From: Flavobacteriaceae bacterium | GTDB taxonomy: Bacteria > Bacteroidota > Bacteroidia > Flavobacteriales > Flavobacteriaceae | Assembly (NCBI GenBank): GCA_013042315.1 | Contig: JABDQM010000132.1 | Span: 1 to 47,672, forward strand | DNA length: 47,672 nt | Direction of reading: 5' to 3' | Part shown: positions 28,254 to 38,981 of the stretch, piece by piece | Numbering within the stretch: position 1 is the first letter of the stretch | How the letters are laid out: each line of letters starts with the position of its first letter | Position numbers and translations under genes: made by a program | Notes under the pieces: model-generated | Databases searched by the model: none | The model's input: only the letters and a program-made list of their open reading frames with translations | Told to the model about the DNA's origin: nothing

Positions 28254-30932
28254 ATGGCAGACAGTGCGACAATAAGGCTTAATAAAGTTCTGAGAGAACT
28301 TAACATCTCCCTGGATAGGGCGGTTGATTTCCTTGCCTCCAAAGGGCATGAAATTGACGCGCGTCCTACTACGAAAATTTCGGAGGAGGTTCATCAGGTT
28401 CTCTTGGATGAATTCCAAACCGACATGAGCAAGAAGGTTGCTTCTATCGAAGTTGGGGAGGAAAAGCGTAAAGAGAAAGAGGCTATAAGACTGCAACTCG
28501 AACAGGAACAGGAAGAAAGACGTCTGGCTCGTGAAAAGAGAGCCGCAGCCTCCGAAGTGGTCAAAGCCAAGGCTGATCTTTCAGGCCCGAAAATGGTGGG
28601 CAAGATCGATCTGGAAAAAGATAAGAAAGCCAAAGCGAAAGCGAAAGAAGAGGTTGCAGAGCCGGAAGCTCCTGCTGAAACTGAAGCTAAAAAGGAGTCC
28701 GCCCCAGCTGCAAAACCTGCCAAGAAAAAAGCGAAAGCAGCAAAACCAGCAGAGAAAAAGGCTAAAGAAGAGGAGAAAGAGGAAAAGCCGGAGGCAATTG
28801 AAACGAATTACCAAAAACTCTCGGGCCCTAAGATAATGGGGGATAAGATAGACCTCACCAAGTTTGAAAAGCCCAAAAAGAAAAAGGAAGCCTCTTCTAA
28901 GCCAGATCCAAAGGACAGAAAGAAAAGAAGAAAAAGAATAATCAGTGATTCCGGCCCCCGTGGCGGAAGACGTGGCAGAGCCGGTGATAAAAGGGGATCC
29001 AGAGCTGGTGTAACTTCTAAGGTGGAGCCCACTGAGGAAGAAGTACAAAAACAGGTTAGGGAAACTCTTGAAAAGCTTCAAGGCAAGTCTAAGAAAGGCA
29101 AAGGGGCAAAATACAGGAGAGACAAAAGAGATCAACACAGGCAACAATCTGAAAAGGATCTCGAGCAACAGGAATTGGACAACAAAGTCCTTAAGGTTAC
29201 CGAGTTTGTAACGGTTGGTGAAGTGGCAACAATGATGGATGTCCCTACTACTCAGATCATCTCGGCCTGTATGTCGCTAGGGATCATGGTAACCATGAAT
29301 CAGCGACTTGACGCGGAAACCCTGTCAATTGTTGCAGATGAATTTGGCTATGAGGTCGAGTTTGTGACTGCCGATATTGAAGAATCTATTGAAGAAGAGG
29401 TAGATGCGCCCGAAGATCTTGAGTCCAGAGCACCTATTGTTACGGTCATGGGACACGTAGATCACGGTAAGACCTCCCTTTTGGATTACGTAAGACAGGA
29501 AAATGTAATTGCCGGAGAGAGTGGTGGAATTACCCAGCATATAGGTGCCTATGGTGTGCAATTGGAGAACGGTCAAAAAATCGCTTTCCTCGATACTCCG
29601 GGTCACGAAGCCTTTACCGCGATGCGGGCAAGGGGAGCACAGGTAACAGATATCGCTATCATCGTAATTGCAGCTGATGATGACATTATGCCTCAGACCA
29701 AGGAAGCGATAAGTCACGCCCAGGCAGCGGGAGTACCTATTGTTTTCGCAATCAACAAAATAGACAGACCCAACTCCAATCCTGACAAAATCAAGGAAGG
29801 CTTGGCTGCAATGAATCTTCTGGTTGAAGACTGGGGAGGAAAAATACAATCACATGACATTTCGGCCAAGACGGGCGAAGGTGTAAAGGAATTGCTTGAG
29901 AAAGTTATTCTTGAAGCCGAATTGCTCGAGTTGAAGGCCAACCCGGATAAGCTCGCAACAGGAACTGTTGTAGAAGCCTTTCTCGATAAGGGAAGAGGTT
30001 ACGTTTCCACGGTTTTAGTCCTTGCGGGAACATTGAAAATTGGAGATTATGTCTTGGCGGGAACTTGCAGTGGAAAAGTAAAAGCAATGCAAGACGAACG
30101 CGGTAATTCAGTTGATGAAGCCGGTCCGTCTACCCCGATTTCTATTCTGGGATTAGACGGAGCTCCACAGGCTGGTGACAAATTCAACGTCCTGGACGAC
30201 GAGCGTGAAGCAAAGCAAATCGCTGCGAAAAGAAGTCAGTTACAGAGAGAGCAATCGGTTAGAACACAACGACATATCACACTTGACGAGATCGGACGTA
30301 GAATTGCTTTAGGTGATTTCAAAGAATTGAACATCATTCTCAAAGGGGATGTGGATGGTTCTGTGGAAGCACTTACGGATAGTTTCCAGAAACTGTCCAC
30401 CGACGAAATACAGGTGAACATCATTCACAAAGGTGTGGGTGCGATCACTGAATCTGATGTGCTCCTCGCTTCTGCTTCTGACGCAATTGTTATTGGATTT
30501 AACGTGAGACCTATGGGTAATGCACGGGATATTGCAGATAAAGAAGAGATCGATATCAGGATGTATTCCATCATATATGATGCCATCAACGATCTCAAAG
30601 ATGCGATGGAAGGTATGTTATCCCCCGAGATCAAAGAAGAGATTACCGGAACTGCCGAGATCAGGGAAACCTTTAAGATCTCCAAGATCGGTACTATTGC
30701 GGGATGTATGGTGACCAGCGGTAAAATTTTCAGAAACTCCAATATCCGACTCATCAGGGATGGTGTAGTGATCTATACGGGAACGCTGGCGTCTCTAAAA
30801 CGTTTTAAAGACGATGTGAAGGAAGTAAGCAAAGGATACGATTGTGGACTCCAGATCAAGAATTACAACGATATCAAGGAGAATGACATTGTTGAAGCCT
30901 TTCAGGAAGTCGCCGTTAAAAAGACCTTGTAA
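28254..30932 (+). CDS. infB: Translation initiation factor IF-2
   Basis: [35 protein letters not shown]; C-terminal [12 protein letters not shown]. Confidence 0.99.
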   Translation: MADSATIRLNKVLRELNISLDRAVDFLASKGHEIDARPTTKISEEVHQVLLDEFQTDMSKKVASIEVGEEKRKEKEAIRLQLEQEQEERRLAREKRAAASEVVKAKADLSGPKMVGKIDLEKDKKAKAKAKEEVAEPEAPAETEAKKESAPAAKPAKKKAKAAKPAEKKAKEEEKEEKPEAIETNYQKLSGPKIMGDKIDLTKFEKPKKKKEASSKPDPKDRKKRRKRIISDSGPRGGRRGRAGDKRGSRAGVTSKVEPTEEEVQKQVRETLEKLQGKSKKGKGAKYRRDKRDQHRQQSEKDLEQQELDNKVLKVTEFVTVGEVATMMDVPTTQIISACMSLGIMVTMNQRLDAETLSIVADEFGYEVEFVTADIEESIEEEVDAPEDLESRAPIVTVMGHVDHGKTSLLDYVRQENVIAGESGGITQHIGAYGVQLENGQKIAFLDTPGHEAFTAMRARGAQVTDIAIIVIAADDDIMPQTKEAISHAQAAGVPIVFAINKIDRPNSNPDKIKEGLAAMNLLVEDWGGKIQSHDISAKTGEGVKELLEKVILEAELLELKANPDKLATGTVVEAFLDKGRGYVSTVLVLAGTLKIGDYVLAGTCSGKVKAMQDERGNSVDEAGPSTPISILGLDGAPQAGDKFNVLDDEREAKQIAAKRSQLQREQSVRTQRHITLDEIGRRIALGDFKELNIILKGDVDGSVEALTDSFQKLSTDEIQVNIIHKGVGAITESDVLLASASDAIVIGFNVRPMGNARDIADKEEIDIRMYSIIYDAINDLKDAMEGMLSPEIKEEITGTAEIRETFKISKIGTIAGCMVTSGKIFRNSNIRLIRDGVVIYTGTLASLKRFKDDVKEVSKGYDCGLQIKNYNDIKENDIVEAFQEVAVKKTL

Positions 30933-30951
30933 GAGCGATGAACTCAAATAC

Positions 30952-30981
30952 AAAACCCTTGCTTACGGCAAGGGTTTTTTT
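30952..30981. terminator. Bidirectional Rho-independent terminator between infB and the SPOR gene
   Basis: Stem AAAACCCTTGC/GCAAGGGTTTT with 5-nt loop and T7 tract. Confidence 0.9.
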
Positions 30982-31001
30982 ATGGCTTTAGGCGTCTATT
31001 G

Positions 31002-31370
31002 TCAATTATTGGAAATAGGTTTGAGGATAATAGACTGCGGATATTTCTTTCGCACTTCGGCAAAAGTCCGCTCCACGTCGAGCTTGTTCTTAAAACGACC
31101 TAAATGTACCCTGTAAGTGGGTGAATCAAAGATAATCTTGGTGTCGAACTGTGGAAAATCTACAGAAGAATCATCTTGGAGTTCGGTTGCTTCGGCATAG
31201 CTTCCAAAACCGATCTGAATAGTGTAATACGCAGTTTTGGAATTGATTTTTTTGTAGAGATCAAGCAGCTTTGTGATCTCAGGATCTTGTTCAACTGTGA
31301 CTACCCCGTTTTGCGCTTGACTTAAGAAGGGGACAAGTACCAGAAGCAAGGTGTATAAGGCGTTTTTCAT
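31002..31370 (-). CDS. Secreted SPOR-domain (peptidoglycan-binding) protein
   Basis: Signal peptide (SQA-Q); Y(T)IQI, PTYRVHLGRF and KKYPQSII SPOR-like motifs. Confidence 0.82.
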   Translation of the reverse strand: MKNALYTLLLVLVPFLSQAQNGVVTVEQDPEITKLLDLYKKINSKTAYYTIQIGFGSYAEATELQDDSSVDFPQFDTKIIFDSPTYRVHLGRFKNKLDVERTFAEVRKKYPQSIILKPISNN

Positions 31371-31402
31371 AGGGCGTAATGATTGAAATTATAAGCTATT
31401 GA

Positions 31403-31410
31403 CAAAGGTA
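31403..31410 (-). promoter_or_regulatory. -7 promoter element for the SPOR gene
   Basis: TACCTTTG on the minus strand 32 nt upstream of the ATG. Confidence 0.55.
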
Positions 31411-31444
31411 AATCATTAGGGGTTAAACAGAATAGGGAAAGCTT

Positions 31445-31463
31445 ATTTAGAATAGGTATAAAT
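31445..31463. promoter_or_regulatory. Candidate Fur-family operator upstream of actA
   Basis: ATTTAGAATAGGTATAAAT matches 15 of 19 positions of the palindrome ATTTAGAATTATTCTAAAT, which I recall being proposed as a Fur box in Flavobacteriales. Confidence 0.45.
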
Positions 31464-31509
31464 TATAAATTATCGATAGTTAAGGATTTCCCAAATAAAG
31501 TCAATGTCG

Positions 31510-31517
31510 TATTTTTG
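31510..31517 (+). promoter_or_regulatory. -7 promoter element for the act-cta operon
   Basis: TATTTTTG 85 nt upstream of the actA ATG. Confidence 0.55.
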
Positions 31518-31602
31518 ACCCCAATAAAATTGGCGATAAACTTCTATTTTTACTAGCATAAAGAAATTATCGTGCCAATGTTTCGATAGAAATAATTTCA
31601 AT

Positions 31603-32979
31603 ATGAAAAAGGTTCCGTACCGCAATCAGATTTCTACATTTTTCGGGATTTTCGCAGTAGTTCTACTACTTACTTCAAACTTTTCATTCGCTCAAGATCA
31701 GGCTGTTGCCACAGCCGAAACCGAAGAGGCAGCGACTGAAACAGCTGAAGGAGGTGATGCTGTGAAGGGGAAACAGCTGTTCAATCAGAATTGTGCGGCT
31801 TGCCACGCTTTAAACAGGAAGATGACAGGGCCTGCCTTGGCCAACGTGGAAACCAGACTGGCAGAAGAAGAAGGACTTGACAAAGAATGGATGTATGCCT
31901 GGATTAAGAATAGTGCAGGGTTGATTGCCTCCGGTGATGCCTACGCGAATAAAATATACGAGGAATACAACCAGGCGGCAATGACCGCATTTCCTACCCT
32001 CAGCAATGAGGATATCGATAATATTCTGGCTTACACAGCAGCTCCGCCACCTGCTCCCGTTCAAGCCGTAGCTACTGTTGCAGAGGCTGCCGGAGGTGCT
32101 CCAACCTCAGGCATTACAAACGAGGTGATCTTAGGAGCTCTTGTTTTGATCTTTGGACTCCTTGTAATGATGCTGATCCTGGTAAATACTACCCTGAGAA
32201 GAATCGCCGAGGCAAATGGGGTAGTGGTAGAAAAAGCGAAAGCCGAAAAAAGAACACCGATCTGGAAGGCATTTGCACAAAATCAGTTCCTGGTTTTAGT
32301 TTCGACCATTTTTCTTCTTCTCGCCAGTGCGTACTACGCCTACGGTTGGATGATGCAAATTGGGATAGATCAGGGGTATCAGCCCATACAGCCTATCCAT
32401 TATTCGCACAAGATCCACGCAGGAGCTAACAAGATTGAGTGTAAATATTGTCATTCCTCTTCAAGGGTATCAAAGCACTCTGGGATCCCATCGCTTAACG
32501 TGTGTATGAATTGCCACAAGTCGATTTACGAATACAAAGGTAATCCTGAAGGTCCAACTCCGGAAGATCTGGCCAACGGCTACACTAATGAATTCTACAC
32601 GGCTGAGATTAAAAAGCTCTATAAAGCAGTAGGTTGGAATGAAGAAGAACAAAGGTATACAGGAGAGTCTAAACCCGTGGAATGGGTTAGAATCCACAAC
32701 TTGCCAGACCTCGCTTATTTTAATCACTCACAACACGTAACTGTTGCGGGAATAGAATGTCAGACCTGCCACGGCCCGGTGGAAGAGATGGAGATTATGT
32801 ACCAATACTCTCCGCTCACTATGGGATGGTGTATCAATTGTCACAGAGAGACTAATGTCAATGTGGAGGACAATGCGTACTACGAAAAGATCCATGAGGC
32901 ATTATCAGAGAAATATGGGGTTGAGAACCTGACTGCGGCACAACTTGGCGGACTCGAATGCGGTAAGTGTCACTATTAA
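31603..32979 (+). CDS. actA: Alternative complex III subunit ActA (monoheme plus pentaheme cytochrome c)
   Basis: Six CXXCH motifs (CAACH; CKYCH, CMNCH, CQTCH, CINCH, CGKCH) with two TM helices between the modules. Confidence 0.93.
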   Translation: MKKVPYRNQISTFFGIFAVVLLLTSNFSFAQDQAVATAETEEAATETAEGGDAVKGKQLFNQNCAACHALNRKMTGPALANVETRLAEEEGLDKEWMYAWIKNSAGLIASGDAYANKIYEEYNQAAMTAFPTLSNEDIDNILAYTAAPPPAPVQAVATVAEAAGGAPTSGITNEVILGALVLIFGLLVMMLILVNTTLRRIAEANGVVVEKAKAEKRTPIWKAFAQNQFLVLVSTIFLLLASAYYAYGWMMQIGIDQGYQPIQPIHYSHKIHAGANKIECKYCHSSSRVSKHSGIPSLNVCMNCHKSIYEYKGNPEGPTPEDLANGYTNEFYTAEIKKLYKAVGWNEEEQRYTGESKPVEWVRIHNLPDLAYFNHSQHVTVAGIECQTCHGPVEEMEIMYQYSPLTMGWCINCHRETNVNVEDNAYYEKIHEALSEKYGVENLTAAQLGGLECGKCHY

Positions 32980-33014
32980 GAACAAATCAAAGAAGCTAAT
33001 TACAGATAGATCGT

Positions 33015-36000
33015 ATGGCATCAAATAAAATATACTGGAAAAACGAGGCGGACCTTGCTCCTGCTGATTCCAATATTCAGAAGCTAAGAAATAACGAGTT
33101 TCCTGAAGAAATTCCGGTAGATGAATTTCTGGGAGATAAGCAGCGTCTGTCAGATTCTAAAACCAACAGGAGGGATTTTCTTAAATACGTTGGTTTTAGT
33201 ACCGCAGCAGCTTCCCTTGCTGCTTGTGAAGGTCCTGTAATTAAATCGATTCCCTATGTGGTACAACCAGAGCAGATTATACCTGGGGTGGCCAACTATT
33301 ACGCCACCACTATGGCCAATGGATTCGATTTTGCCAGTATTCTGATCAAGACCAGAGAGGGACGACCAATAAAAGTTGAAAATAACAAAGAAGCAGCTAC
33401 CAATGGTGGCGCCAATGCCAGAGTACAGGCTTCCGTACTTTCTTTATACGATAGCACAAGACTTCAGGGGCCATTGTCAAATGGGGAGCCCGCTGAATGG
33501 GCTGTCCTCGATGCCTCCGTTAAAGCTAAGCTTGGAGCGCTCAATGGGTCAGGAAAACAGGCAGTTTTCCTAACTCAGACCTATGCAAGCCCTTCGACAG
33601 AAAAACTTATAGCCGAATTTATTGCAGCCAATCCCAATGCAAAGCACATCACTTACGATGCCATATCTGAGGATGCCGCATTAGACGCTTTTGAAATGAC
33701 TTTCGGAGAAAGAGCACTGGCTGATTATCATTTTGAAAAAGCTGATCTTATTGTCTCTTTCGGTGCTGATATTCTTTCAGACTGGCAGGGCGGTGGCTAC
33801 GATGCCGGATATTCCAGAGGACGAGTTCCTAAAAACGGGAAGATGTCAAGGCATATTCAGTTTGAAGCCAATATGTCGCTGAGCGGTGCGAATGCCGATC
33901 AAAGAGTACCCCTTAAACCTTCTGAACAGAAAAAAGCCTTAGCCGCTTTATACGGGATGCTTAACAATAGTAGAGTGAGCACTGACCTGAGCGAAGGTAC
34001 CTTGGCTATGGTTAACAATATTGCCACTGAAATCAGGAGCAAAGGCAGTAAAGCCGTTGTCGTCAGTGGTTTGGATGATGTGAATGCGCAACGCGTAGTC
34101 CTGGCAATCAACGAAATGTTGGGAAGTGAAGCCTTTGATCCTCAGGCACCAAAATATATCAGGAAAGGAAATGTTTCTGAAGTACAGCAGCTGATTGCTG
34201 ACATGAACGCCGGGAACGTTGGTTTATTGGTAATGGATGGAGTCAATCCGATGTTTACTTTGCCCAATGCTGACGAATTTGCGACAGGAATTGAAAAAGT
34301 TGAACTCTCAGTTACGTTCTCAACAAACTGGAACGAAACCACAGAGCGCAGTCAGTTTACCGCTGCAGCTAACCATTACCTAGAGTCGTGGGGAGATGTT
34401 CAGATCAAAAAAGGTCATTACAGCCTGATGCAGCCCACGATCAAAGAATTATTTGACACCCGTCAATTCCAGCAAGCATTGCTGAACTGGATGGGGAGTG
34501 ATCAAAGCTATTACGACTATATCAAGGCTCATTGGACCGAGTCGGTACTCGGTTCTGATTCCTGGAACAAAGCCTTACACGATGGAATTTACTCTGTCGC
34601 AGTTACAGAAACAACAACCGAAGCAGAGACCTCTGGGGAGACTACTTCTATGAACGATGTCTTATCTCAGGCAGTTCAGAACCTCGCGTCTACTTCATCC
34701 GAAGGAATGGAGCTTGTATTGTACTCCAAAGTGGGTATGGGAGACGGACAGCAGGCCAACAACCCATGGCTTCAGGAATTCCCCGATCCCATTACCAGGG
34801 TATCCTGGGATAACTATCTTACCCTTTCAAAAGCAGATGCCAATCAATTAGGCCTGGTTAATGAGACGGTAGCCAATGGTGGATTAGACGGTAGCTATGC
34901 CAACGTCACTGTCAATGGGGTAACCCTCAATAACGTCCCTGTGATCATACAACCGGGGCAAGCCCGAAATACGGCAGGACTATCCTTTGGTTACGGTAGG
35001 ATGGTAGGTATGAAAGAGGAGATGCAAACAGGGATCAACGCATTTTCTGTCTACAACGATTTTGATTCTATTCAGTCTGTTCAGATTGAAAAGGCAAGTG
35101 GGATGCATGAATTTGCATGTATACAGTTGCAAAATACCCTGATGGGGCGAGGTGAGATCATCAAAGAGACCACCCTCGAAAAATACAACACAGAAGACGC
35201 TCACGAGTGGAACCACGTTCCTGAAGTTTCCTTGAATCACCAGGAAGTTCCGGCTACAACTGTCGATCTGTGGGAATCCTTTGACCGATCCATCGGGCAT
35301 CACTTTAACATGTCTATAGACCTGAACGCTTGTACAGGTTGCGGAGCATGTGTGATCGCATGTCATGCTGAGAATAATATTCCGGTTGTTGGGAAAAGCG
35401 AGGTACGTAAGTCCAGGGATATGCACTGGTTGCGTATAGACCGATACTATTCTTCAGAAGATACTTTTGAAGACGACAATATTAAAAAAGACGAGTTCTC
35501 CGGAGCCTTCGAATCAAAATCGGGCTTTGAAGAAATGGAGCGAGCTGCTGAAAACCCGCAGGTGGCATTTCAGCCTGTGATGTGTCAGCATTGTAATCAC
35601 GCTCCCTGTGAAACAGTTTGTCCGGTGGCAGCAACATCGCATAGTCGTCAGGGACAAAACCATATGGCTTACAACAGATGTGTGGGTACGAGGTATTGTG
35701 CAAACAACTGTCCTTATAAAGTAAGACGATTCAACTGGTTCCTTTACAATAATAATGATGAGTTTGATTACCACATGAACAACGACCTTGGGAAAATGGT
35801 AATCAACCCTGATGTAACCGTAAGGTCGAGAGGTGTAATTGAGAAGTGTTCGCTCTGTATACAGATGACACAAAAAACGATTCTCGATGCCAAGCGCGAA
35901 GGTCGTGTGGTGAAGGATGGAGAGTTCCAGACCGCTTGTTCTAACGCATGTAGTAATGGAGCTATAGTCTTTGGTGATATCAATGATAAAGCGAGTCAGG

Positions 36001-36107
36001 TAGCAGAATTGAAGAAGGAAGACAGGATGTACCATTTGCTGGAGGCAGTAGGAACAAAACCCAACGTATTTTATCACGTAAAGGTGAGAAATACAAACGA
36101 AGCGTAA
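33015..36107 (+). CDS. actB: ACIII subunit ActB (TAT-variant molybdopterin-oxidoreductase-like plus Fe-S domain)
   Basis: Internal twin-arginine NRRDFLK with LAA-C lipobox; REGRPIKVE; Fe-S motifs CTGCGACVIAC, CQHCNHAPCETVCP, CVGTRYCANNCP, CSLC...CSNAC. Confidence 0.95.
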   Translation: MASNKIYWKNEADLAPADSNIQKLRNNEFPEEIPVDEFLGDKQRLSDSKTNRRDFLKYVGFSTAAASLAACEGPVIKSIPYVVQPEQIIPGVANYYATTMANGFDFASILIKTREGRPIKVENNKEAATNGGANARVQASVLSLYDSTRLQGPLSNGEPAEWAVLDASVKAKLGALNGSGKQAVFLTQTYASPSTEKLIAEFIAANPNAKHITYDAISEDAALDAFEMTFGERALADYHFEKADLIVSFGADILSDWQGGGYDAGYSRGRVPKNGKMSRHIQFEANMSLSGANADQRVPLKPSEQKKALAALYGMLNNSRVSTDLSEGTLAMVNNIATEIRSKGSKAVVVSGLDDVNAQRVVLAINEMLGSEAFDPQAPKYIRKGNVSEVQQLIADMNAGNVGLLVMDGVNPMFTLPNADEFATGIEKVELSVTFSTNWNETTERSQFTAAANHYLESWGDVQIKKGHYSLMQPTIKELFDTRQFQQALLNWMGSDQSYYDYIKAHWTESVLGSDSWNKALHDGIYSVAVTETTTEAETSGETTSMNDVLSQAVQNLASTSSEGMELVLYSKVGMGDGQQANNPWLQEFPDPITRVSWDNYLTLSKADANQLGLVNETVANGGLDGSYANVTVNGVTLNNVPVIIQPGQARNTAGLSFGYGRMVGMKEEMQTGINAFSVYNDFDSIQSVQIEKASGMHEFACIQLQNTLMGRGEIIKETTLEKYNTEDAHEWNHVPEVSLNHQEVPATTVDLWESFDRSIGHHFNMSIDLNACTGCGACVIACHAENNIPVVGKSEVRKSRDMHWLRIDRYYSSEDTFEDDNIKKDEFSGAFESKSGFEEMERAAENPQVAFQPVMCQHCNHAPCETVCPVAATSHSRQGQNHMAYNRCVGTRYCANNCPYKVRRFNWFLYNNNDEFDYHMNNDLGKMVINPDVTVRSRGVIEKCSLCIQMTQKTILDAKREGRVVKDGEFQTACSNACSNGAIVFGDINDKASQVAELKKEDRMYHLLEAVGTKPNVFYHVKVRNTNEA

Positions 36108-36142
36108 CTGAGAAATAAAGAACCTAACTATAACAAAAATCT

Positions 36143-37867
36143 ATGGCGTCGCATTACGAAGCACCTATAAGAAAACCCCTTGTTATTGGAGACAAGAACT
36201 ACCACGACGTATCGGTAGATATCTCAGCTCCAATAGAAGGAAGGGCCAACCGGCAGTGGTGGATTGTCTTTTCCATTGCCCTGGCAGCACTCCTATGGGG
36301 AATTGGTGCTATTATTTATACCATTTCCACGGGTATTGGTACTTGGGGACTTAACAAGACGGTAAACTGGGCCTGGGATATCACCAACTTCGTTTGGTGG
36401 GTAGGTATCGGGCATGCAGGAACCCTAATTTCCGCGGTACTATTACTCTTCCGCCAAAAGTGGAGAATGGCGATCAACAGGTCGGCCGAGGCTATGACCA
36501 TATTTTCTGTGATCCAGGCGGGGCTCTTTCCAATCATACACATGGGAAGACCGTGGTTAGCTTACTGGGTAGTTCCAATTCCAAATCAGTTTGGATCCCT
36601 TTGGGTAAACTTCAACTCTCCCTTACTGTGGGATGTATTTGCGATCTCAACCTATTTATCTGTATCGCTCGTTTTCTGGTGGACAGGACTACTTCCTGAT
36701 TTTGCCATGATCCGCGACAGGGCAGTTAAACCCTTTCAGAAAAAGATCTACGGCCTGGTTAGTTTTGGCTGGACTGGTAGAGCAAAAGACTGGCAGCGTT
36801 TTGAAGAAGTATCCCTGGTTCTAGCGGGATTGGCAACACCGCTGGTGCTCTCAGTGCATACTATTGTATCATTCGACTTCGCCACTTCCGTTATTCCGGG
36901 ATGGCACACCACCATCTTTCCACCATACTTTGTCGCCGGAGCGATATTTTCTGGCTTTGCAATGGTACAAACCTTGCTGATCATTATGAGGAAAGTTTGT
37001 AGCCTGGAAGCATATATTACGGTACAACATATAGAGTTGATGAATATCGTGATCATGGTCACCGGGTCCATCGTGGGATGTGCGTATATCACCGAATTAT
37101 TTATCGCCTGGTACTCAGGTGTGGAATATGAACAATACGCATTTTTAAACCGTGCAACAGGACCTTATTGGTGGGCATATCTGCTAATGATGAGCTGTAA
37201 TGTGGTATCACCACAGGTGATGTGGTTTAAAAAGATCAGAACCAGTATTGTGATCTCCTTTGTGATCTCCATTGTGGTCAACATAGGAATGTGGTTTGAG
37301 CGTTTCGTAATTATCGTAACCTCCTTGCACAGGGACTACCTTCCGTCTTCATGGACGATGTTCTCCCCAACCTTTGTGGATATCGGTATATTTATTGGAA
37401 CTATCGGATTTTTCTTTGTCCTCTTCCTGCTCTATGCCCGAACTTTTCCTGTGATTGCGCAGGCTGAGGTAAAATCTATCCTGAAATCATCAGGTTCAAA
37501 ATACAAGAAATTGAGAGATGCAGGTCAGCCCTTATACCAAATGCCAACCGGCACTGCTGCTGTAAAGGAAGTTAAGGTTGCAGAGGTAGCCAAACCCGAA
37601 GAAACTGGAAAAGTTGGTGATCTGCTTTCAAAACTGGGAACCTTTGATCCCAACACGGACAAAGCCGATGACCTGAAGAAAGTAAAGGGGATTGGTCCAA
37701 AGATGGAACAGACCCTTAACCAGATTGGGATTTATACCTTTGCTCAGGTGAGCAGGATGACCGATACGGAGTATCAAATGCTGGATGAAATTACAGGGGC
37801 ATTCCCTGGAAGGGCGCAACGAGACGACTGGGCCGGACAGGCAATGAAACTAAACAAGAAATCGTAA
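36143..37867 (+). CDS. actC: ACIII subunit ActC (NrfD/PsrC family) with C-terminal HhH-like extension
   Basis: NFVWWVGIGHAGTLIS, IHMGRPW, SVHTIVSFDF, MWFERF motifs; extra C-terminal DDLKKVKGIGPK domain. Confidence 0.95.
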   Translation: MASHYEAPIRKPLVIGDKNYHDVSVDISAPIEGRANRQWWIVFSIALAALLWGIGAIIYTISTGIGTWGLNKTVNWAWDITNFVWWVGIGHAGTLISAVLLLFRQKWRMAINRSAEAMTIFSVIQAGLFPIIHMGRPWLAYWVVPIPNQFGSLWVNFNSPLLWDVFAISTYLSVSLVFWWTGLLPDFAMIRDRAVKPFQKKIYGLVSFGWTGRAKDWQRFEEVSLVLAGLATPLVLSVHTIVSFDFATSVIPGWHTTIFPPYFVAGAIFSGFAMVQTLLIIMRKVCSLEAYITVQHIELMNIVIMVTGSIVGCAYITELFIAWYSGVEYEQYAFLNRATGPYWWAYLLMMSCNVVSPQVMWFKKIRTSIVISFVISIVVNIGMWFERFVIIVTSLHRDYLPSSWTMFSPTFVDIGIFIGTIGFFFVLFLLYARTFPVIAQAEVKSILKSSGSKYKKLRDAGQPLYQMPTGTAAVKEVKVAEVAKPEETGKVGDLLSKLGTFDPNTDKADDLKKVKGIGPKMEQTLNQIGIYTFAQVSRMTDTEYQMLDEITGAFPGRAQRDDWAGQAMKLNKKS

Positions 37868-37869
37868 TT

Positions 37870-38394
37870 ATGGCCTCTAAAGTTATACATGCTTATTACA
37901 ACGATGACGACATCCTCATGCAGGCTGTTAAAAAGGTGAAAGCCACCAAGCATCATATTGAGGAAGTGTATTGCCCTTTTCCGGTTCACGGACTAGACAA
38001 GGCGATGGGACTGGCGCCAACCAGGATTGCGATTACATCATTTATGTATGGTTGTTTGGGCTTGGTTGTGGCTATCGTTATGATGAATTATATCATGATC
38101 GAAGATTGGCCACAGGACATTGGCGGGAAACCAAGTTTTACTTACATTCAAAATATGCCGGCCTTCGTGCCTATCATGTTTGAACTTACGGTCTTCTTTG
38201 CGGCACACCTTATGGTGATCACTTTTTATTTACGCAGTAGATTGTGGCCTTTTAAAAAGGCGGAAAATCCGGACGTGAGAACCACAGATGACCATTTTGT
38301 GATGGAAATAGAAGTTTATTACGGTGATGAAAAAGGGCTGATGACGATGTTGCAGGAATCAGGTGCCGTAGAAATAAATCAGGTAGAAAAGTAG
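37870..38394 (+). CDS. actD: ACIII subunit ActD (DUF3341)
   Basis: PFPVHGLD, WPQDIGGKP, FVPIMFELTV motifs; operon position. Confidence 0.93.
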   Translation: MASKVIHAYYNDDDILMQAVKKVKATKHHIEEVYCPFPVHGLDKAMGLAPTRIAITSFMYGCLGLVVAIVMMNYIMIEDWPQDIGGKPSFTYIQNMPAFVPIMFELTVFFAAHLMVITFYLRSRLWPFKKAENPDVRTTDDHFVMEIEVYYGDEKGLMTMLQESGAVEINQVEK

Positions 38395-38404
38395 TACAGG
38401 ACAT

Positions 38405-38965
38405 ATGAAGAAAATACTGAAAATAGGAATTTTATTCACGGCTGTAATAGTGATGGTTTCCTGCGCCGACAAGGATAACCGGAACTATCAGTACATGCCT
38501 AATATGTATTTCCCTGTAGGTTATGAAACCTATCAGGAAGTAGATTTTCTGCCAAGTGGTACAGAGGCGATGAAACCGGCTGAGAATTCAATCTCAAGAG
38601 GTTGGCTGCCTTACGAATTTGCAAACGACCTGGCTGGAAAAGATTTAGCCAGATTGCAACCTAGTCCGCTAGATTCGCTCAGCACAGAGGAGAACCTGGC
38701 CGTCGGGAAAGAGTTATACGATATCTATTGTGCAATTTGTCATGGGGCAAAAGGTGCAGGACAGGGATGGCTGGTGAAAAGGGAAAAAATACTTGGGGTA
38801 CCCTCTTATGACGATGCTGCGAGGAATATTAATGTAGGCTCAACTTATCACACCATATATTACGGCCTTAACTCCATGGGATCTTACGCAGGGCAACTGG
38901 ATTATACAGAGCGCTGGCAAGTGGCCGAATACGTGATGAAATTGAAGCAGGACCTAACTAAATAA
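38405..38965 (+). CDS. actE: ACIII subunit ActE (monoheme cytochrome c lipoprotein)
   Basis: Lipobox MVS-C, YMPNMY, CAICH, distal Met in SMGSY, ERWQV. Confidence 0.93.
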   Translation: MKKILKIGILFTAVIVMVSCADKDNRNYQYMPNMYFPVGYETYQEVDFLPSGTEAMKPAENSISRGWLPYEFANDLAGKDLARLQPSPLDSLSTEENLAVGKELYDIYCAICHGAKGAGQGWLVKREKILGVPSYDDAARNINVGSTYHTIYYGLNSMGSYAGQLDYTERWQVAEYVMKLKQDLTK

Positions 38966-38981
38966 GACACAGACATAAACT

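Noticed and set aside
28630-28800. K/A/E/P-rich quasi-repeats in the IF-2 N-terminal region
   Set aside because: Variable low-complexity linkers are normal in IF-2; no exact DNA tandem repeat.
28394-29168. Long antisense and alternate-frame ORFs over infB (195, 109 and 101 aa) and similar ones over rpsB, actB, ctaD and the DUF2723 gene
   Set aside because: Shadow ORFs produced by codon bias and low-complexity coding on the real strand; no recognisable motifs.
33015-35280. ActB N-terminal region as an active molybdopterin oxidoreductase
   Set aside because: In ACIII this domain is known to lack the molybdenum cofactor, and no Moco genes are nearby.
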